Below are positions 27,086-41,842 of a DNA stretch of 64,000 nucleotides, piece by piece. Position 1 is the first letter of the stretch. Every line of letters starts with the position of its first letter. Both the position numbers and the translations under genes were made by a program. This stretch comes from Octopus vulgaris (Eukaryota): NCBI GenBank assembly GCA_951406725.2, contig OX597821.1, positions 103,974,001-104,038,000 on the forward strand. The letters are read 5' to 3'. Below the pieces are notes generated by a model. It searched no databases, had not been told where the DNA came from, and saw only the letters and a program-made list of their open reading frames with translations.

Positions 27086-27388
27086 CATCCATCCATCCAT
27101 CCATCCATCCATCCATCCATCTCTCTCTCTCTGTATATATATATATATATATACAAGTGGGCAAACGAAGGGAAGAAAGTATCGCACCACCACATTTAGT
27201 AGGAGTTGTAGATATTTTCAATAACGACTTGAGGCGGTTGCACCCATCTCATCAGTTGCTTGGATCAGTGGGGTTCTTTGCTCGTTTCTCGACTGTACTA
27301 TCCTCCAGCTTGAGCAATTTCGTTGTTTACAATTTTACTTTCTATTGCTCTTAATGAATTTTCGGCTTTCGTGGCCAGTAATGAAAAC

Positions 27389-27960
27389 TATTATTATTAT
27401 TTACTTTCAATCCACTTGTTTGTTGCAATCACTTGTCGCGACACATCCAGCGTCCTGGGGCGAGTGAAGGATAAGAGGCGTTACAGTATGACTGAACGCT
27501 TGGGGAGGGGATTCGGCAGGCACAAAAGCGAAATATTTTCATGTAATACAACACAGACATTTCAACTGGCAGGCTTTTTCAAAGGATGTGGGCTGTACTT
27601 ATCAGCACAATCTTTGGGATTTCTCTGAGACATGGTTCTCCTGGGATATTATCTAGATGTTTTTTAAATCCCTTTCTTATCATATCGAAGGCACCAACAA
27701 GAACAAGAACTGTTCTCGTTTTAAGATGCCACATCTTTAGTATTTCAATTCCCAGGTCCTTATAATTACTTCATTTGTGAAATTCCTTTACGGTTATATT
27801 TTTATTAGTAGTAACACTTATTTCTATTAGCGTACAAGTATTTTCTTTTGGGTCTTTAATGATAATGTCTGGTTGAATAACCTGGATCGTTCTGTCGGTG
27901 TTGACTGGAAAATCCTAGAGGACAGTGACATTTTCACCTTCAACAACTGGCCTAGGATAA
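27389..27960 (-). mobile_element. 3' fragment of an R4/Dong-clade LINE (restriction-like endonuclease domain) with (TAA)n tail
   Basis: Minus translation PVVEGENVTVL*DFPVNTDRTIQVIQPDIIIKDPKENTCTLIEISV...YKDLGIEILKMWHLKTRTVLVLVGAF...IPKIVLISTAHIL; TAA repeats at the 3' end. Confidence 0.85.
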
Positions 27961-28009
27961 TGTGTAAGGTATTACACGTCCATCTCCTTTAACCAATTAT
28001 ATATGTCAT

Positions 28010-28237
28010 TACTCACAGTCGTTAATTTGGCAAACCGTTAAGTTAAAGGGGACGCAAAAACAACACCACCTGTTACCAAGTGGTGAAAGGGGTCAACCAC
28101 AGACACAAAAACACACCCACAGAGATACATACATATACATACATACATAAACATAAACAAATATATATATATATATATACACATATATATATGTATATAT
28201 ATACATACATATCTATCTATGTATGTATGTATGTATG

Positions 28238-28315
<78 letters not shown>

Positions 28316-28500
28316 CACACACGCACGCACACACACACATATATATATATATATATAGTTTCATTCCGCCAATTCCACTCACAAGGCTTTGCTCGGTCCA
28401 AAGCTGAAGTACAAGAAATATTCCCAAGCCTCCACGCAGTAGGGCTGAACCCGGAACGATGTTGTTGAGAAGCAAGCCTCTTACCACACTGTTAATCCTG
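28010..28500 (-). mobile_element. Degenerate SINE family A copy
   Basis: CCACTCACAAGGCTTTG..CCACGCAGTAGGGCTGAACCCGGAAC..CTTACCACAC; expanded internal microsatellite. Confidence 0.6.
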
Positions 28501-29049
28501 CACCTTGTCCCAAATGCCATATACTCTACATCGTGTTGTCACCTTTCCCTCATGCTCGTATTTCTTCAAGCCCCTCGTTTGCAGTGCTTGATCATGAGTT
28601 CCTATTATAAGACTCTCTGTTCTTTTTCCTTTCCCTTTATTTTTTCAATAAAGTCCAGGACTTTCTTCCACATACACCTTCAATGGCTTTGTAAAACTGA
28701 ACATGCGAATGTTTGTCATTAATCTGCTTGACTCGTTCTCATTCTATCTTTTCGTTCTTCTTCTTTTCTCCTTTTCCAGATTCGATCATCTATCCTTCGC
28801 TGTCTGCGTTCAAATTCCGGCGGGAACGACCTATCGGTGTCGATAAAATCAAATCCAGTTCAGTACTAGTGAGAACACCTAGGCCTCTGCAGCAAATTTC
28901 AGGCCTTGTACTTATAGTAGAAAGAATTATTATTATTGTTGTAGTGTGTATACAAACTCTCGATGTCGTTTGTCTTTGTAATGACCTAAAGGCTTTTTCT
29001 TGCTTTGTGGCCGATAATGAAAGTCATATTATTATGATTACCTGTGCGG

Positions 29050-29430
29050 AGGCGCAATGACCCAGTGGTTAGGGCAGCGGGCTCGCGGTCGTAGGATCGC
29101 GGCTTCGATTCTCAGACCAGGTGTTGTGAGTGTTTATTGAGCTTAGCCGCTTAAAGCTTTACGAGGCTCCGCTAGGTGGTGGTAGCGAACTCTGCTGTAC
29201 TCTTTCACCACAACCTTCTCTCACCCTTTCTTCCTGTTTCTGTTGTACCTATATTTCAAACAGCTGGCCTTGTCCCATCCTGTGTCACGCTGAATCACCC
29301 TGAAAACTACGTTAAGGGTACACATGTCTGTGGAGTGCTCAGCCACTTGCACGTTGATTTTTTGAGCAGGCTGTTCTGTTGATCGGATCAACTAGAACCC
29401 TCGTCTTCGCAACCGACGGAGTGCCAAGAT
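29050..29430 (+). mobile_element. SINE family B (tRNA head), 3' tail type 1
   Basis: GGCGCAATGACCCAGTGGTTAGGGCAGCGG..GGCTTCGATTCTCAGACC head; shared body TGTGAGTGTTTATTGAGC..GTACTCTTTC; a diverged tail-1 copy lies near 62830-62980. Confidence 0.82.
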
Positions 29431-30306
29431 TGTCACCTGTCAAATAGCGAAATAATAGTTCTTTGTATGGACTTCTTATATTCCCTTCAATACAACTAAG
29501 AAATTTCTCCAAGCTGTTTTCATTAATCTGTAACGAGACCTACGTTTGCCTCTATAGCTATTTACTTACTCTTTTTTGTAACACAAGCATAATATGAATC
29601 GACTAAACGACTCTAAGAAGCAAAGCAAGTAAGCGAACAAATGCATATATACTAGTTTAAATATAGTGTTCTCCGAAGTGAAAAACATTAAGCTCCCGAC
29701 GAATGAAAAAATATGTCTACGAGACTGGTTTTTTTCGTTTGTAGCAATTTAAGTAAGATATATCAATAATGTGTTTCACAAAAATGGAAATGTTTCAGCC
29801 CGCATTTTCTCTTTCCACTAAATTCAATGGACTTCATTCTCCAATGGCTTACACCTCTTATTAGGTATTGTTCAATATTTGACGTTATCACATTTGTATG
29901 CAATAAATAAAATATTGTAACTTTCTAATCATTTCTGGACAATCTATATAAGTTTGAGAACAATGGCTTATCTTTGAGCTGTGTAGCGAAAGTTGTTAGG
30001 CTTTTATGCTTCCCACCGAACATATGCAATAAAATAATAAGTTAATATATTCTTTGTGTTGCAGAAAAAAGGCGCTGAATAGGATTTTCTATACTTTGGT
30101 TGAATATTGTGGATTTGGTTTTATTCTGTTTTCCGGCAGAATGTAAATGGTGAAGAACATCGAATATTTACTGCTGCAAGAATCGTGGACTTGAACACTT
30201 TAAAATGTAATGTGTTTTATGGTTGGATTGTGTACTAAAAATTGTCATTGATACAGAAACCGATATGTTACATGTAAGGATATACATACACACACACACA
30301 CACATG

Positions 30307-30341
<35 letters not shown>

Positions 30342-30358
30342 GTACGAACATACATACA

Positions 30359-30394
<36 letters not shown>

Positions 30395-30395
30395 C

Positions 30396-30438
<43 letters not shown>

Positions 30439-30440
<2 letters not shown>

Positions 30441-31650
30441 GACATGACAGAAATATGTATACATTGTTTTATGTTTATTCTCGCGTGTAAAGATTTATAA
30501 TTTTTTTATTAATTAACATTTTTGCGTTTCAGGTTCTATATGTGAGTGTTTAATCATACCGTGTACAAAGCAACGCTCGGAACTGTCTGAATTTGGAAGA
30601 GGCCGTATTGTGTCATTTTGCATGTGGACATAGCGTAAAATCGCAGAAAAGCTTGGGATCCTGCTTTCTACAGTTAATAGGGTGATTGTGCAATTCAGCC
30701 GCGAGAGTAAGGAGTCCATATAAGCTCGCCCAGGTCAACCAGAGCTATCTAACAAGTCTCTTTGCTGAGGGACGTGTGGAGGATAATCTTCATTGCAAGG
30801 CCTCTGACATAGCAGAAAAAGATGATGACAGTCCTAGAACAGCTATCAGGTATCTCCACAAACGTCGTTACTATGGCTGAGCAGCAAAAAGGAAGCCACT
30901 TCTTCGACTAGCCAACATGAAGCGAAGAAAAGATTGGGCCAGTTGAGATGGTGGAGAGGCAACTAGCATTTTGGGACACTGTCATATTCTCTGATGAGTC
31001 CAGATTTGCTGTATTTCCTGACAGTGGTCGGGTGTGGGACTGGAGATTCTGTGATCAAGAATTTGATGTGAAAAGATTGCAGCCAACAATGAAACATGAC
31101 AGATATTCTGTGATGGTCCGGGGTGCAATTTAGAGTAATGGTTGATCAGAGCTGGGGGACTGTGAGGGAAACATAAACTCAGATAAATGTGCGTCCATAT
31201 TGCAGAAAGGAATCCTTCCAATCTTCTCTAGTAGTAAAATGATTAAAGAAGACTCCTTTTTCATGGACGTTGGGACTCCTTGTCACACGGTTAAAATGGT
31301 CCAAGATTTGTTGAATGGGAATGGCATTAAAACGGTTCCATAGCCAAGCCAGTCATCAGATATGAACCCTATTGAATACGTCCGGGACCTAATGGACAAG
31401 ACACTTCATAGAAAGAACAAGAAATCATCTTCAAAGCCAGATCTTTTGAGATTATTGCAGGAAACTCGGCAAGAAATTCCGCAGGAAAATATTCATCATC
31501 TGATGCCTAATAGGGTCCTTGCATTGAAAAATGCAAAGGGCACGTCTACTAAATATTAAATATTCGCATTATAACAATTAATAAATAATTTGAATGTATA
31601 ATCTCATGTTTATTGTTTATAAGGTAGTCTGTTTACTTCTGCCATGTGTG
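30439..31650 (+). mobile_element. Tc1-family DNA transposon, near full length, transposase pseudogene
   Basis: ELSEFGRGRIV..RKIAEKLG..STVNRVI HTH; VIFSDESRF, FMDVGTPCHT, PSQSSDMNPIE (DD34E spacing if GTT at 31269 is a mutated GAT); TIRs CAGACATGACAGAAATA / TACTTCTGCCATGTGTG (14/17), TA on the right flank. Confidence 0.88.
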
Positions 31651-31689
31651 TATATGTATGTGTGTTTGTATCATGTGTGTGTGTGTGTT

Positions 31690-31721
<32 letters not shown>

Positions 31722-32127
31722 TGTATGTTGATAGAGAGACTGAGCTAATGAGCGACACAAACATTTGATCAAGGTTAACAAATCACTTGTGCAGGTCGTT
31801 CGGCATTTGCCGAACGGTCATATGTAGTCTTCCATGGCGAGGCCATCACACACACACACAGACACACACACATACACACACACACACACACACATACACA
31901 CATACACACGCACACACTCAAACGCACACAAATACACATACACACACACGCGCATACACACACATTAATGTTCAGTTGTAATAAAAGCAATTTTACATTA
32001 CCTAATGACTTACTCTATTCTTCGTAGAGCAACAATTTATTATTCATAAACAAGGATGTTGTTCACGCATACACACACGCACACACAAACATTCCCACAC
32101 ACACACGCGCACACACACACACACACA

Positions 32128-32203
<76 letters not shown>

Positions 32204-32890
32204 AAAGAAAAACAAACTTAAGACAAGTTTCGAAGTATGTATCATCCGTTTCCCCGAGAATAGTCCTTTATTATTTACTAATACTTTAAATAATTAAACA
32301 AAATAACAAAATAACCAAGTCATATCATCAGGCGTTGATTTGAGTTACTGTACATTACGATACAAACTTTGAAAAATGAATTCCAGCAACCAAGTAAAAT
32401 GTTTTGAGGGAAGTGTGTATATTTATTTTCTACCTAGATCTAATGCTGTCACTACTTATTGTACTCTCATCATTACTTGTACTAGCAGAAAAACCGCCCC
32501 CCGCTGACATATGTGTTGTGCATGTTGCTAAATATATATAAATATAGATATGATACATAAATTATAGAGGAACTTGACAATATGCTCATGAATTGAACAA
32601 AGTCTGTTATAGTTTATTCTGTAATCAGTAATAGAATCCACTTAGAAAAAAGACGATAATGAGAATTGGGAAAGTGATGAGACTGTCAAGGGAAAATGTT
32701 CCTGAATTTTCACATGAGTGGGACATAGATGCTCTGGTGGGAATTAATGAATTACATTTACTAATATGATGAGTTGAGTTTTGCTATATTGTTGTTTCAA
32801 TATATTCACTTATAGACGGCTTAAGTGTCTCTAGTGTCCATTTCCTAGCAATTAAAAAGAAATTTAAATACATTTCAATTAAAAGAGAGT

Positions 32891-33269
<379 letters not shown>

Positions 33270-34009
33270 TATATGTACAAATATGTATGTATGTGTGTGT
33301 GTATTTATGTGTGTCCTTGTTTCTGTGTTTCACCCTCCTACCATCGCTTGACAACTGATGTCTCACATTACTGAATATGTTTTTTTTTGCAGGCACAACT
33401 GTCAGCAAATGGACACTTTTCATTTATGTCTGTTAATATTTTTATAGTTTCTTTTCTTGACGCTCTTGGTAATGCAACATACATCTGACTATGTGCGAAG
33501 AATTGTGTTGGGAAATGATATTATTGATTAAATAATTTCAAAGTGGTACTCAAGCATGACCGCAGACGAACACAATTTGAAAGCTTAATTCTATTAAATA
33601 AGGATTATTCTTTTGCAATACGTAACACTTTTAAGAATAATTTACTCACTTGTGTGTTGTTATATTTTTGTCACTTTATCACATTTTTTACGAACGCGAA
33701 GGAAAGTTATTTGTAATTCCAACGGAAGTTGACATCTAAAACAGAAGCAAATCTGGTAATACTAAGCATTATAATTTATGTTTAATATACAAATAAACTT
33801 TATAGTTAAAAAATTTCTTTTAATATTCGTTTATAATTTCTTCAAAATAATATGACTTTTTTTAATAATGTGGGGAAAAAAATAAACTGGATACAGCCCC
33901 GCACTTCTTCACTCATTATAATATAGACGCTTCGTTAAAAAGTCGTCTGCTTTCCCCATCAGCATTGAAGATAAAGTTTTTTCGATTATGCAGCTGTACT
34001 GTTTATTCT

Positions 34010-34210
34010 TTTGTTTGTTTCAGTCATTTTCACTGCGGCCATGTTGGACCAGCGCCTTTTAGTCTATGAAATCGACCCCAGGACTTATTCTTTGTAAGCT
34101 TGGAAACTTATTCTATCCGTCTTATTTTGTCGAACTGTTAAGTTAAGGGTGGTAAATACACCAACATCCGTTGTCAAGCGATAGTAGGAGGGAGAAACAC
34201 AGACACAAGG
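34010..34210 (-). mobile_element. SINE family A, 3' half
   Basis: TTTCAGTCATTTTCACTGCGGCCATG..ATCGACCCCAGGACTTATTCTTTGTAAG. Confidence 0.7.
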
Positions 34211-34253
34211 ACACAGATAAATACATACATATATTTATATATATGTGTGTATA

Positions 34254-34300
<47 letters not shown>

Positions 34301-34464
34301 ATAAAGAAAAGTAAAAGATATGCAATTAAAAGATATGAAACAATATATATATATATATATACATACATATACATATATATACACACACATATAATATATA
34401 TATATACATATATATACACATATATATACGAACGCATGGAAAAAAATCGCATCTGCGTTGTTCA

Positions 34465-34600
34465 ATTTACGGTTGAACACTGGAGCAACGTAAAATGAAA
34501 TGTTATGACCAAGGACATAATATACTGCCCGATCCAGAAATCGAAACCTTAATCTTGCGATCATGAGCGCAACACTGTCACAGCTAGGTCACGCGCCTTT
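34465..34600 (-). mobile_element. SINE family D, 5' fragment
   Basis: ACTGGAGCAACGT.AAATGAA..TCGAAACC..CGATCATGAG matches 41960-42040. Confidence 0.55.
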
Positions 34601-34699
34601 ACGTTATTAAACTTCAGGCAAAGGTACCGCTTGGTTTTTGAAATTTCCGTTATGTGTTGTTGCATACTACGATGGCCACACAAGAAAATAAGAAAGCTC

Positions 34700-34850
34700 T
34701 CAATGAGTAAATGATTGAAAGCATGTTTCAGTAAATGTGGTAATACCAAATATCTGCATGAAGAGGTGTCCCATCCTTTCCACATCTGTAAAAAAGAGTA
34801 TAGGACCCAAGCAGGTCTGAAAAGCTGCATCCGTGCTTGTTTTAAGAGAA
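34700..34850 (+). pseudogene. Possible remnant of the C-terminal zinc finger of an RTE-type LINE
   Basis: FHICKKEYRTQAGLKSCIRAC resembles the CxxC..GLxSHxRxH ending of RTE ORFs with degenerate ligands. Confidence 0.35.
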
Positions 34851-35874
34851 TGATCAAGGGTTCCTCTTGTTCCAAATCGACTTGCAGACATCATATTGGT
34901 TTTTCAATAGTAGATTACAAATTTGTGTCTGGAACTAGTGTTTAAATGTTTGTGGTCATCTATCGAACAAAAAGTGAATATTGCGCAACACTTTTCGATA
35001 ATGAGATTGTAAATTTTATTGCGCAAGAAACTAGCAATTATTATATATCTTGCGCTTATTTTAGATGAAAATAAGTGTAAAACTTGTCCTTAAGAAAAAG
35101 TGATATATTTCGTTATTTGTCTGTTTGCACCATACAATTATATAATGCTTTACCGCCGTTTAAGTGTTAAGGATGAATAGTTTTCAAAGTGTGATCAACA
35201 AATAAATAAACAAATAAATAAATAAATAAACACTCAAAAAATAAATAAATAAATAAATAAAGTCTGAGTGTTGCATTTGTTGATTTTTCGAAATAATGAT
35301 GGAGTTAAACCAGACGTTTAATGAGATCAGGTATAAAAGAATTTCCCATACACACGTCTGTATAATGCGACAGAACCAATTAACACATGCATCACTCATT
35401 TGTTCTGTCGACTGAAATTGCAGTCTTTATCCAACATAACATGTGCTTTGCTTCTTTATGGAGGAGTTACGATCATTGTAATTACGAATATGCTTTCAGT
35501 AATGAGCTTGTGGTCGTTGTAAGTAGGGGTAAATATAAATCAGGCATTTTTACTCAATATTCTTCAGATCCGAACGATATTTTTTCAAGAAATTTTAGTT
35601 GTTAACTAAAGTATGTAGCTTCATTTGTTTAACGCGTTTTGCTTATTTAATATTTATACTTTTTTTTGTAGCATAAAGATTTGAAACAAAATAATAATGT
35701 GGTAATGATGGAATTATTTGGATATATTTTTAATTATTTTATTACAATGTACAGCGTGAACGATCGTTCGGGTTGTGTGTCCTGTTCCTTGATGTGGAAC
35801 TTTGAGCAAGTGAACACAGACACACACACAGACACACACACACATACACACACACTCACACAAACACATACATA

Positions 35875-36093
35875 CTCTTTTACGTGTTTCAGTGCTTTGA
35901 CTGTGGCCATGCTGGAGCACCGCCTTTAGTCGAGCAAATCGACCCCAGTATTTATTCTTTGTAGGCCTAGCACTTATTCTATCGGTCTGTTTTGCCGAAA
36001 CGCTAAGTTACGTGGACGTAAACACACCAGTATCGGTTGTCAAGCGATGTCGGGGGAACAAACACAGATACACAAACATATACACACACATAC

Positions 36094-36166
<73 letters not shown>

Positions 36167-36325
36167 CGACGGGCTTTTTCTCAGTTTCCATCTACCAAAT
36201 CCACTCAAGGCTTTGGTCGGTTCGAGGCCATAGTAGAAGACACTTGCTCAAGGTGCAACGCAGTAGGACTGAACCCGGAACCATACGGTTCGTAAGCAAG
36301 CCACTTACCACACAGCCACTCCTAC
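35875..36325 (-). mobile_element. SINE family A, full length
   Basis: Reverse complement of 4526-4925 throughout. Confidence 0.88.
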
Positions 36326-37370
36326 ACCTCTCTCTGTCTCTCTCCATCTCTCTCTCCCTCCCTCTCTCTATCTGTCTCTCTCTCTATATATATATATATA
36401 GCTAATTAATAAAACAAATATCAGGAAAGAAGCACACTCTAAAGAATAGAGAAATAATTGTTACAACAAAAAAAAATTATATCTTGGACATAGTCTTACG
36501 CAAGGCTTCATATCTACAAAGCCAAAGCCTTGTGGACAGCTCGTCAGACACTATAGATAAAGACGAATATTTAAAATTTCTTCGTCGAGAACGTGAGGAA
36601 ACGCTCAGAAACCAAGATATACGTCTTAACAAAAACAAGACATTATTGAGGACTGGTTGTCTCCCCTGAATCAGAGGATAAAACAACTCTTATAGACCCG
36701 AAAAGACCTACTCAGCAAACAAGGAGATCCAATTTTCCAGTTCGTATTGCTCGAGGGGGACACATTTAGAATTCTCTTCTTTACAACTATTTAACTCGCC
36801 AGGTTTCGTATAGTCCTTAAGAATTTTGGCTCTCTCTAGATCTTGCAACAGCCACTTCCATTAATATATGGGCCTGGATGATCGATTATTTTCCACCGCA
36901 TATCATACGGGGTCCTTTGAACTTTGAGGTCTCACACATGTCGGGCCAGGGACGTGAGAAACTATCTTTCTGGGACTCTGAAGTATGACTGGTGGTTAAG
37001 AAAACGTCGTTTGAAAGAAGTACTGGCAGATCCAATACGTTAACAAAAATAGAATGTGGCCATATTCGCACCCCTGCTAATATATATAGCGGGATCGGTC
37101 ATCCTACAGGTGTCGAAGATAGATAATTATTTGGTCATTATCTGTGGTGGTTGTAATGGGAATGCCGGACACAACCTCCATGTTACTGACCCTGGATTGG
37201 TCATCATCGTTAGGTCATTTTCGTACTCTTTAGGTCATTAACAAACATTCATTATCATAAGCGAGATTGAAGAATTTGTCTCTTTTTATGTATCTTTTTA
37301 CCAGCCTCTTTTTATCAGACATTAAGGAAACTAAACAAAACAACGATATTTGTTTGAAATTTTTCTATAG

Positions 37371-37588
37371 TTAACTCTTTACCATTCATATTACTCTGTT
37401 AAATATAATGCTTATTTTTGTCACATTGTTTTGAACCGATCATTGCTTGAAGGTTTTGACGATGTGATTGTCTACTTTTGGAATGACATTGTAGGTTACG
37501 TGTGAGAGGCGAGATATTGCCAGTTTAAACTTAAAACATGTAGAATATTTGGGCCTTGATATGACTGGTTTAAGTGCTGATTAGTTAA
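37371..37588. mobile_element. Possible decayed piggyBac-type MITE
   Basis: TTAA at both ends with weak TIR remnants (TTAACTCTTTACCATT / AAGTGCTGATTAGTTAA). Confidence 0.3.
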
Positions 37589-38232
37589 GGAAATTCAGAT
37601 ATTAAAATCTATAGCCGAATTTCCGCGAAATGTAAGCAAGTGTTGTGGGGAGGTTGGGCTCCAGGAAACATGATTTATACCTCAGCTGATCCGCCGACAT
37701 ATTAAAATCGCAGTATACGTGTTTACGCGTTTGAGGACCTGTCGCTGTCTCTGCTTTACAACTTCACTTCTTGCTGTTTATTACTAAAACGCATACCAAC
37801 ACAACCAGTTGTACCAATGACGATGAGTACACGTATAAAAACATTATCTTTGCAAAGAAATTTTAGGTTCTGAAGTAGTTACCCATAAAAGCAATAAATA
37901 TTTTATTTTTCAATAATTTATAATTTTCTAATAAAAATATTTCGCAACTGCCGGCCATCTGTTTCCTATTATCCGGGCATATCAGTACGAATATATGTGT
38001 TTATATTTGGCAGTAGCACCAATTTAATGTAACAAATAGTATTTATATATTTATGTAAACCACAGCAAACCGTATATTTAATAAAACGACTTATGCTTTA
38101 GAAATTTCGAATTCATCGATCCAATAGAAAAAAATAGAAAAAAGATTATATATATGTAAATATATATGCATAGTGTGTGTATATTTATATATCTATGTAT
38201 TTGTGTGTGTGTGTGTGTAAGTGTGTGTGTGT

Positions 38233-38310
<78 letters not shown>

Positions 38311-39084
38311 GGAGAAGAATAAATTCCAGCTCATATATTTGGTTTTTGATGTGAAAACACCGCCGCTAGTACTGTTTGCTTTCTTATTTTTAAAAAGAAA
38401 TTTTTTTGCCAACGTTTGGCACAATTTGTTTTTCGAGCATGTTCCCACACACGCACACACACATACACACATACACACACAAACACTCATACACACACAC
38501 ACACACAAACACAAAAGCGATCAGTCAAAAAATATTAGAAGCGCACCCAGGCTCGTGTGCACATGTACACAAATAGTGCACAATCTGTCAAAGAAGCATT
38601 CGCATACATTCATACATACATACATACATACACACATGCACACATACACACCTACATACATACATACATACATACATACATACATACATACACTCATACA
38701 TAAATACATACATACATACATACATGCATACACACATACATACATATATACATACATACATGCATGCATGCATACATACATACGTACATACATACGTACA
38801 TGCATACATACATACATACATAATACATACATACATAATGCATACATACATACATACATACATACAGACAGACAGACAGACAGACAGAAACACTCAAAGA
38901 CATATATTTGCAAGCGCATAGACAATGCGAACACACAGGCATACATACACACACAGTCAATCTTACATGTACGTAGACATAGAAACAGTTTTCAGGATTA
39001 CTTTCCTAATGAATAACAGCAAAGAATAAGATGAAATTATCTTCAGAAAGAATCCGAGGGTGTTTTGTCTGCTTGTTGTTGTTG

Positions 39085-39468
39085 CTGATGCTGTTGAGCC
39101 TTCGTCCCAGAGCTCGTAAGATCGCGCCTCTGTAGTAGGAGAAGTCCGATTCAAGGTCCTTTGCTATTCGTAAGACCCGCAGAAGAGAAAGCAGGTCAAC
39201 CCCCGACACCGAAAGCATCGACGGATGGATGAATGCGCATCTAGGCTCAGCAGTTGCGTAGGAAGTCGGGGACAAGAAACAGGAAGAAAGAGTGAGAGAA
39301 ATTTGGAGCGACAGAGTACAACAGGGGTCGCCACACCCCACCCCCTGCCGGACTCGTGGAGCTTTATGTGTTTTCGCTCAATAAACACACACAACGCCCG
39401 GTCTGGGATCCGAAACCGTGATCCTCCGACCGCGAGTCCGCTGCCCTAACCACTGGGCCATTGCGCCT
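39085..39468 (-). mobile_element. SINE family B, 3' tail type 3 ending in (CAA/CAG)n
   Basis: Full head (reverse of CCCTAACCACTGGGCCATTGCGCC); distinct ~190-bp tail; TGTTGTTGCTG on both flanks is a possible TSD. Confidence 0.82.
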
Positions 39469-39499
39469 CAACTGTTGTTGCTGTTGGTGGTGATAGTGG

Positions 39500-40310
39500 G
39501 AGAATCTGTCTCAGTATAAACGTGTGCGTGCGTGTGTGTGTATGTGTGTGTGTGCGAATGATTTCGTGTTAGTGTGTGTGAGTTAGTATGTACGTGACTG
39601 TAAATTTTTTTCGCTTTTGTGGACGTTTGTGTTTGGGTGTGAATGATTCTGTGTGTGCGCGTGTGCGATTGCGCGTTTCTGTGTATATGAATCTGTGTGT
39701 GTGCGGGCTTGTCTGTGTATGACAACGTGTGTTTATGTTTATGTATATGTATCGGTATGTGTATGACTGTGTATATGTATGCCAGTGTGTATATGTACGA
39801 ATGTGTGTGTATATGTATGACCGTGTGTGTATATGTGTGTGTATTTGTATATTTGTGTGAGTGAGAAAAAGTGTATGAGTGTGTGTGCACGCGCGCATTT
39901 CTGTGTATATGACTCTGTGTGTATGTGCATGTGTGTGTGTTTGTCCATGTGTGTGTGTGTGCGTGCGCCTGTGTGTGTGCGTTTGCATGTGTATGGCTGT
40001 GCGTCTATGTGTGTTGATGTTTATGTGTGTATTTGAGAAAAAAATTGTATTTGTGTATATGTGGGTGTCTGTTTGTGTGTGCGTATATTTGTGTGAGCGA
40101 GAAAAGTGTGCGTCTTTGCGTGTGTGTATGTGTGTGTATACGTACGTGTTTAAGCATATTTGTAGGTATGTGTGAAGCTGGTTTTGTGTGTATGTATGTG
40201 AGGAAACGTGCATATGTGTGTGTTTGTATCTTGCGCATTTGCATTTGTTTGCGTGAGTGCGTCTTTGTGGTTTTATGTGCGGATGTGTGTGTTCAAGAGT
40301 GTATTTTCGT
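39500..40310. repeat. Long degenerate (TG)n tract
   Basis: Directly visible; yields His/Thr-rich pseudo-ORFs. Confidence 0.9.
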
Positions 40311-41842
40311 CGATAGAACAATTTAACCAGATCTTAAGCCACCCTCAACCAGTTAATGTAGCAGTCACGGAGGAATTGTTTGTGAAGCGCTCTTCCTCTT
40401 CATCTACCATTTTGGGAACCACAAGTGAATGCTAAAGCCCGAGCTTCCATCGAAAGATCAAAAACAAGAATTTTCCTTGATCGGGCGTCATTCCAATAGA
40501 GATTTTCAAACGGGATCGTTACAGCTGCAAAGAAGCGCTTCATCGCCACATCTCATAAGAGTAGAACCAAAAGTATATACATCAAAATTATAAGGATGCT
40601 CTCTATCACCGTCACCGTTTAGACAAATAACGGAGATAGATGTATAACACTTTTGTACATTCTGGGTGGGTGCTATTCAAAGCAGAGCTCAGAACGTCGA
40701 TAATCGCCAACGTTACATCAAAGTCATGACGTGACATCCTTTGAAACGAGGATCAGTGGATATAACCTTCATAACAAAATAGTTATTCGGGAAACGCAGA
40801 GAAGAAAATATTCGTTCATTGTATTTGTGGATCGTTCATTGAATTTGTGGATCTGTCAAAAGTTGTTAGCATTAAATGGGAAATGTTGTAAAAAAAAATT
40901 CCGTTTTTTTCTTTCTTTATGAAGTTTTGTTCTTCACTCCAATATTTGAATCTCCGAAGCCTGTTTCGCACAAGAATGGTAACTGGAGTTATCGTTGGAA
41001 ATCAGAAGCTGAGTCGTTTAGTCTGAAAATAAGTTAGGTAGGGTTGTATAGTTCCTCCTGTACTAGCTTCTACTCCTGCTTGAAACTTTATCTTCTCTCA
41101 AGGTACAAATGCCCCTCTAGATTCTGCTTCATGAAAAATCTAAGCTTATGTAAAATAGACAAAAAGACAACATAGTTATTATACATATAAACTAGGTGAC
41201 CTATAGAAATACATTCAATACCCATTCTATAATTAATTGTCGTTAAGCGTACATACAATCATACCTTATATAGTAGTTACTATTTTTTGCCAAATAAACA
41301 CACGGACTACATATTCGTTCTTCACATGAGATTTATATTTGGTCTTATTTTACGTCCTTTGTCAGGAAATCTTTCGTCACACTTCAGTGACTCTCTATTC
41401 CACGGGTCTCCTGTTCTGTTTTCCCTTCTGTGTTTCTGTGATGTGTATCTTTAACTGCGCGTGAAGTTGCGTCTGAATCTATGTGCGTGTGTGTGTGTGT
41501 GTGGGGGGGGTACGTGTGTGTATGTGTTTTGTGTGTGCGTATGTAAGTTTGCTTACTATTTTGCTTGTATCCGTGCTTTTTACTTTAGATTTTTTTAAAT
41601 GGGAATTAACAAATCACAATATGTAGAATTACCCAGGTCTGTAAGAACAAACCTTATAAGGTTACTCTATAGAATTAAAATTCCTTAAGAAAAACTAAAA
41701 ATTTCCAATGAGTGGATATAAATAAGAAATAAAAAAATAATATATCAGATGAATTATAGGTTCATAATGGGTACACAGGCATGACAATGAAAATTGCGAG
41801 TGTATATTTGGACAAATATATGTATGGATATTCTTCTTAATC

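Noticed and set aside
27218-27260. Minus-strand CAA-CTGATGA-GA..TC-AAGT-CGTT as another hammerhead
   Set aside because: GAAA box absent and helices too short.
29050-29120. SINE heads as tRNA genes
   Set aside because: A/B boxes only; no convincing acceptor stem and each continues into a repeated SINE body.
41359-41400. Minus-strand GTCAC TGAAGT GTGAC-GAAA-GATT as a hammerhead remnant
   Set aside because: No correctly placed CUGANGA box.
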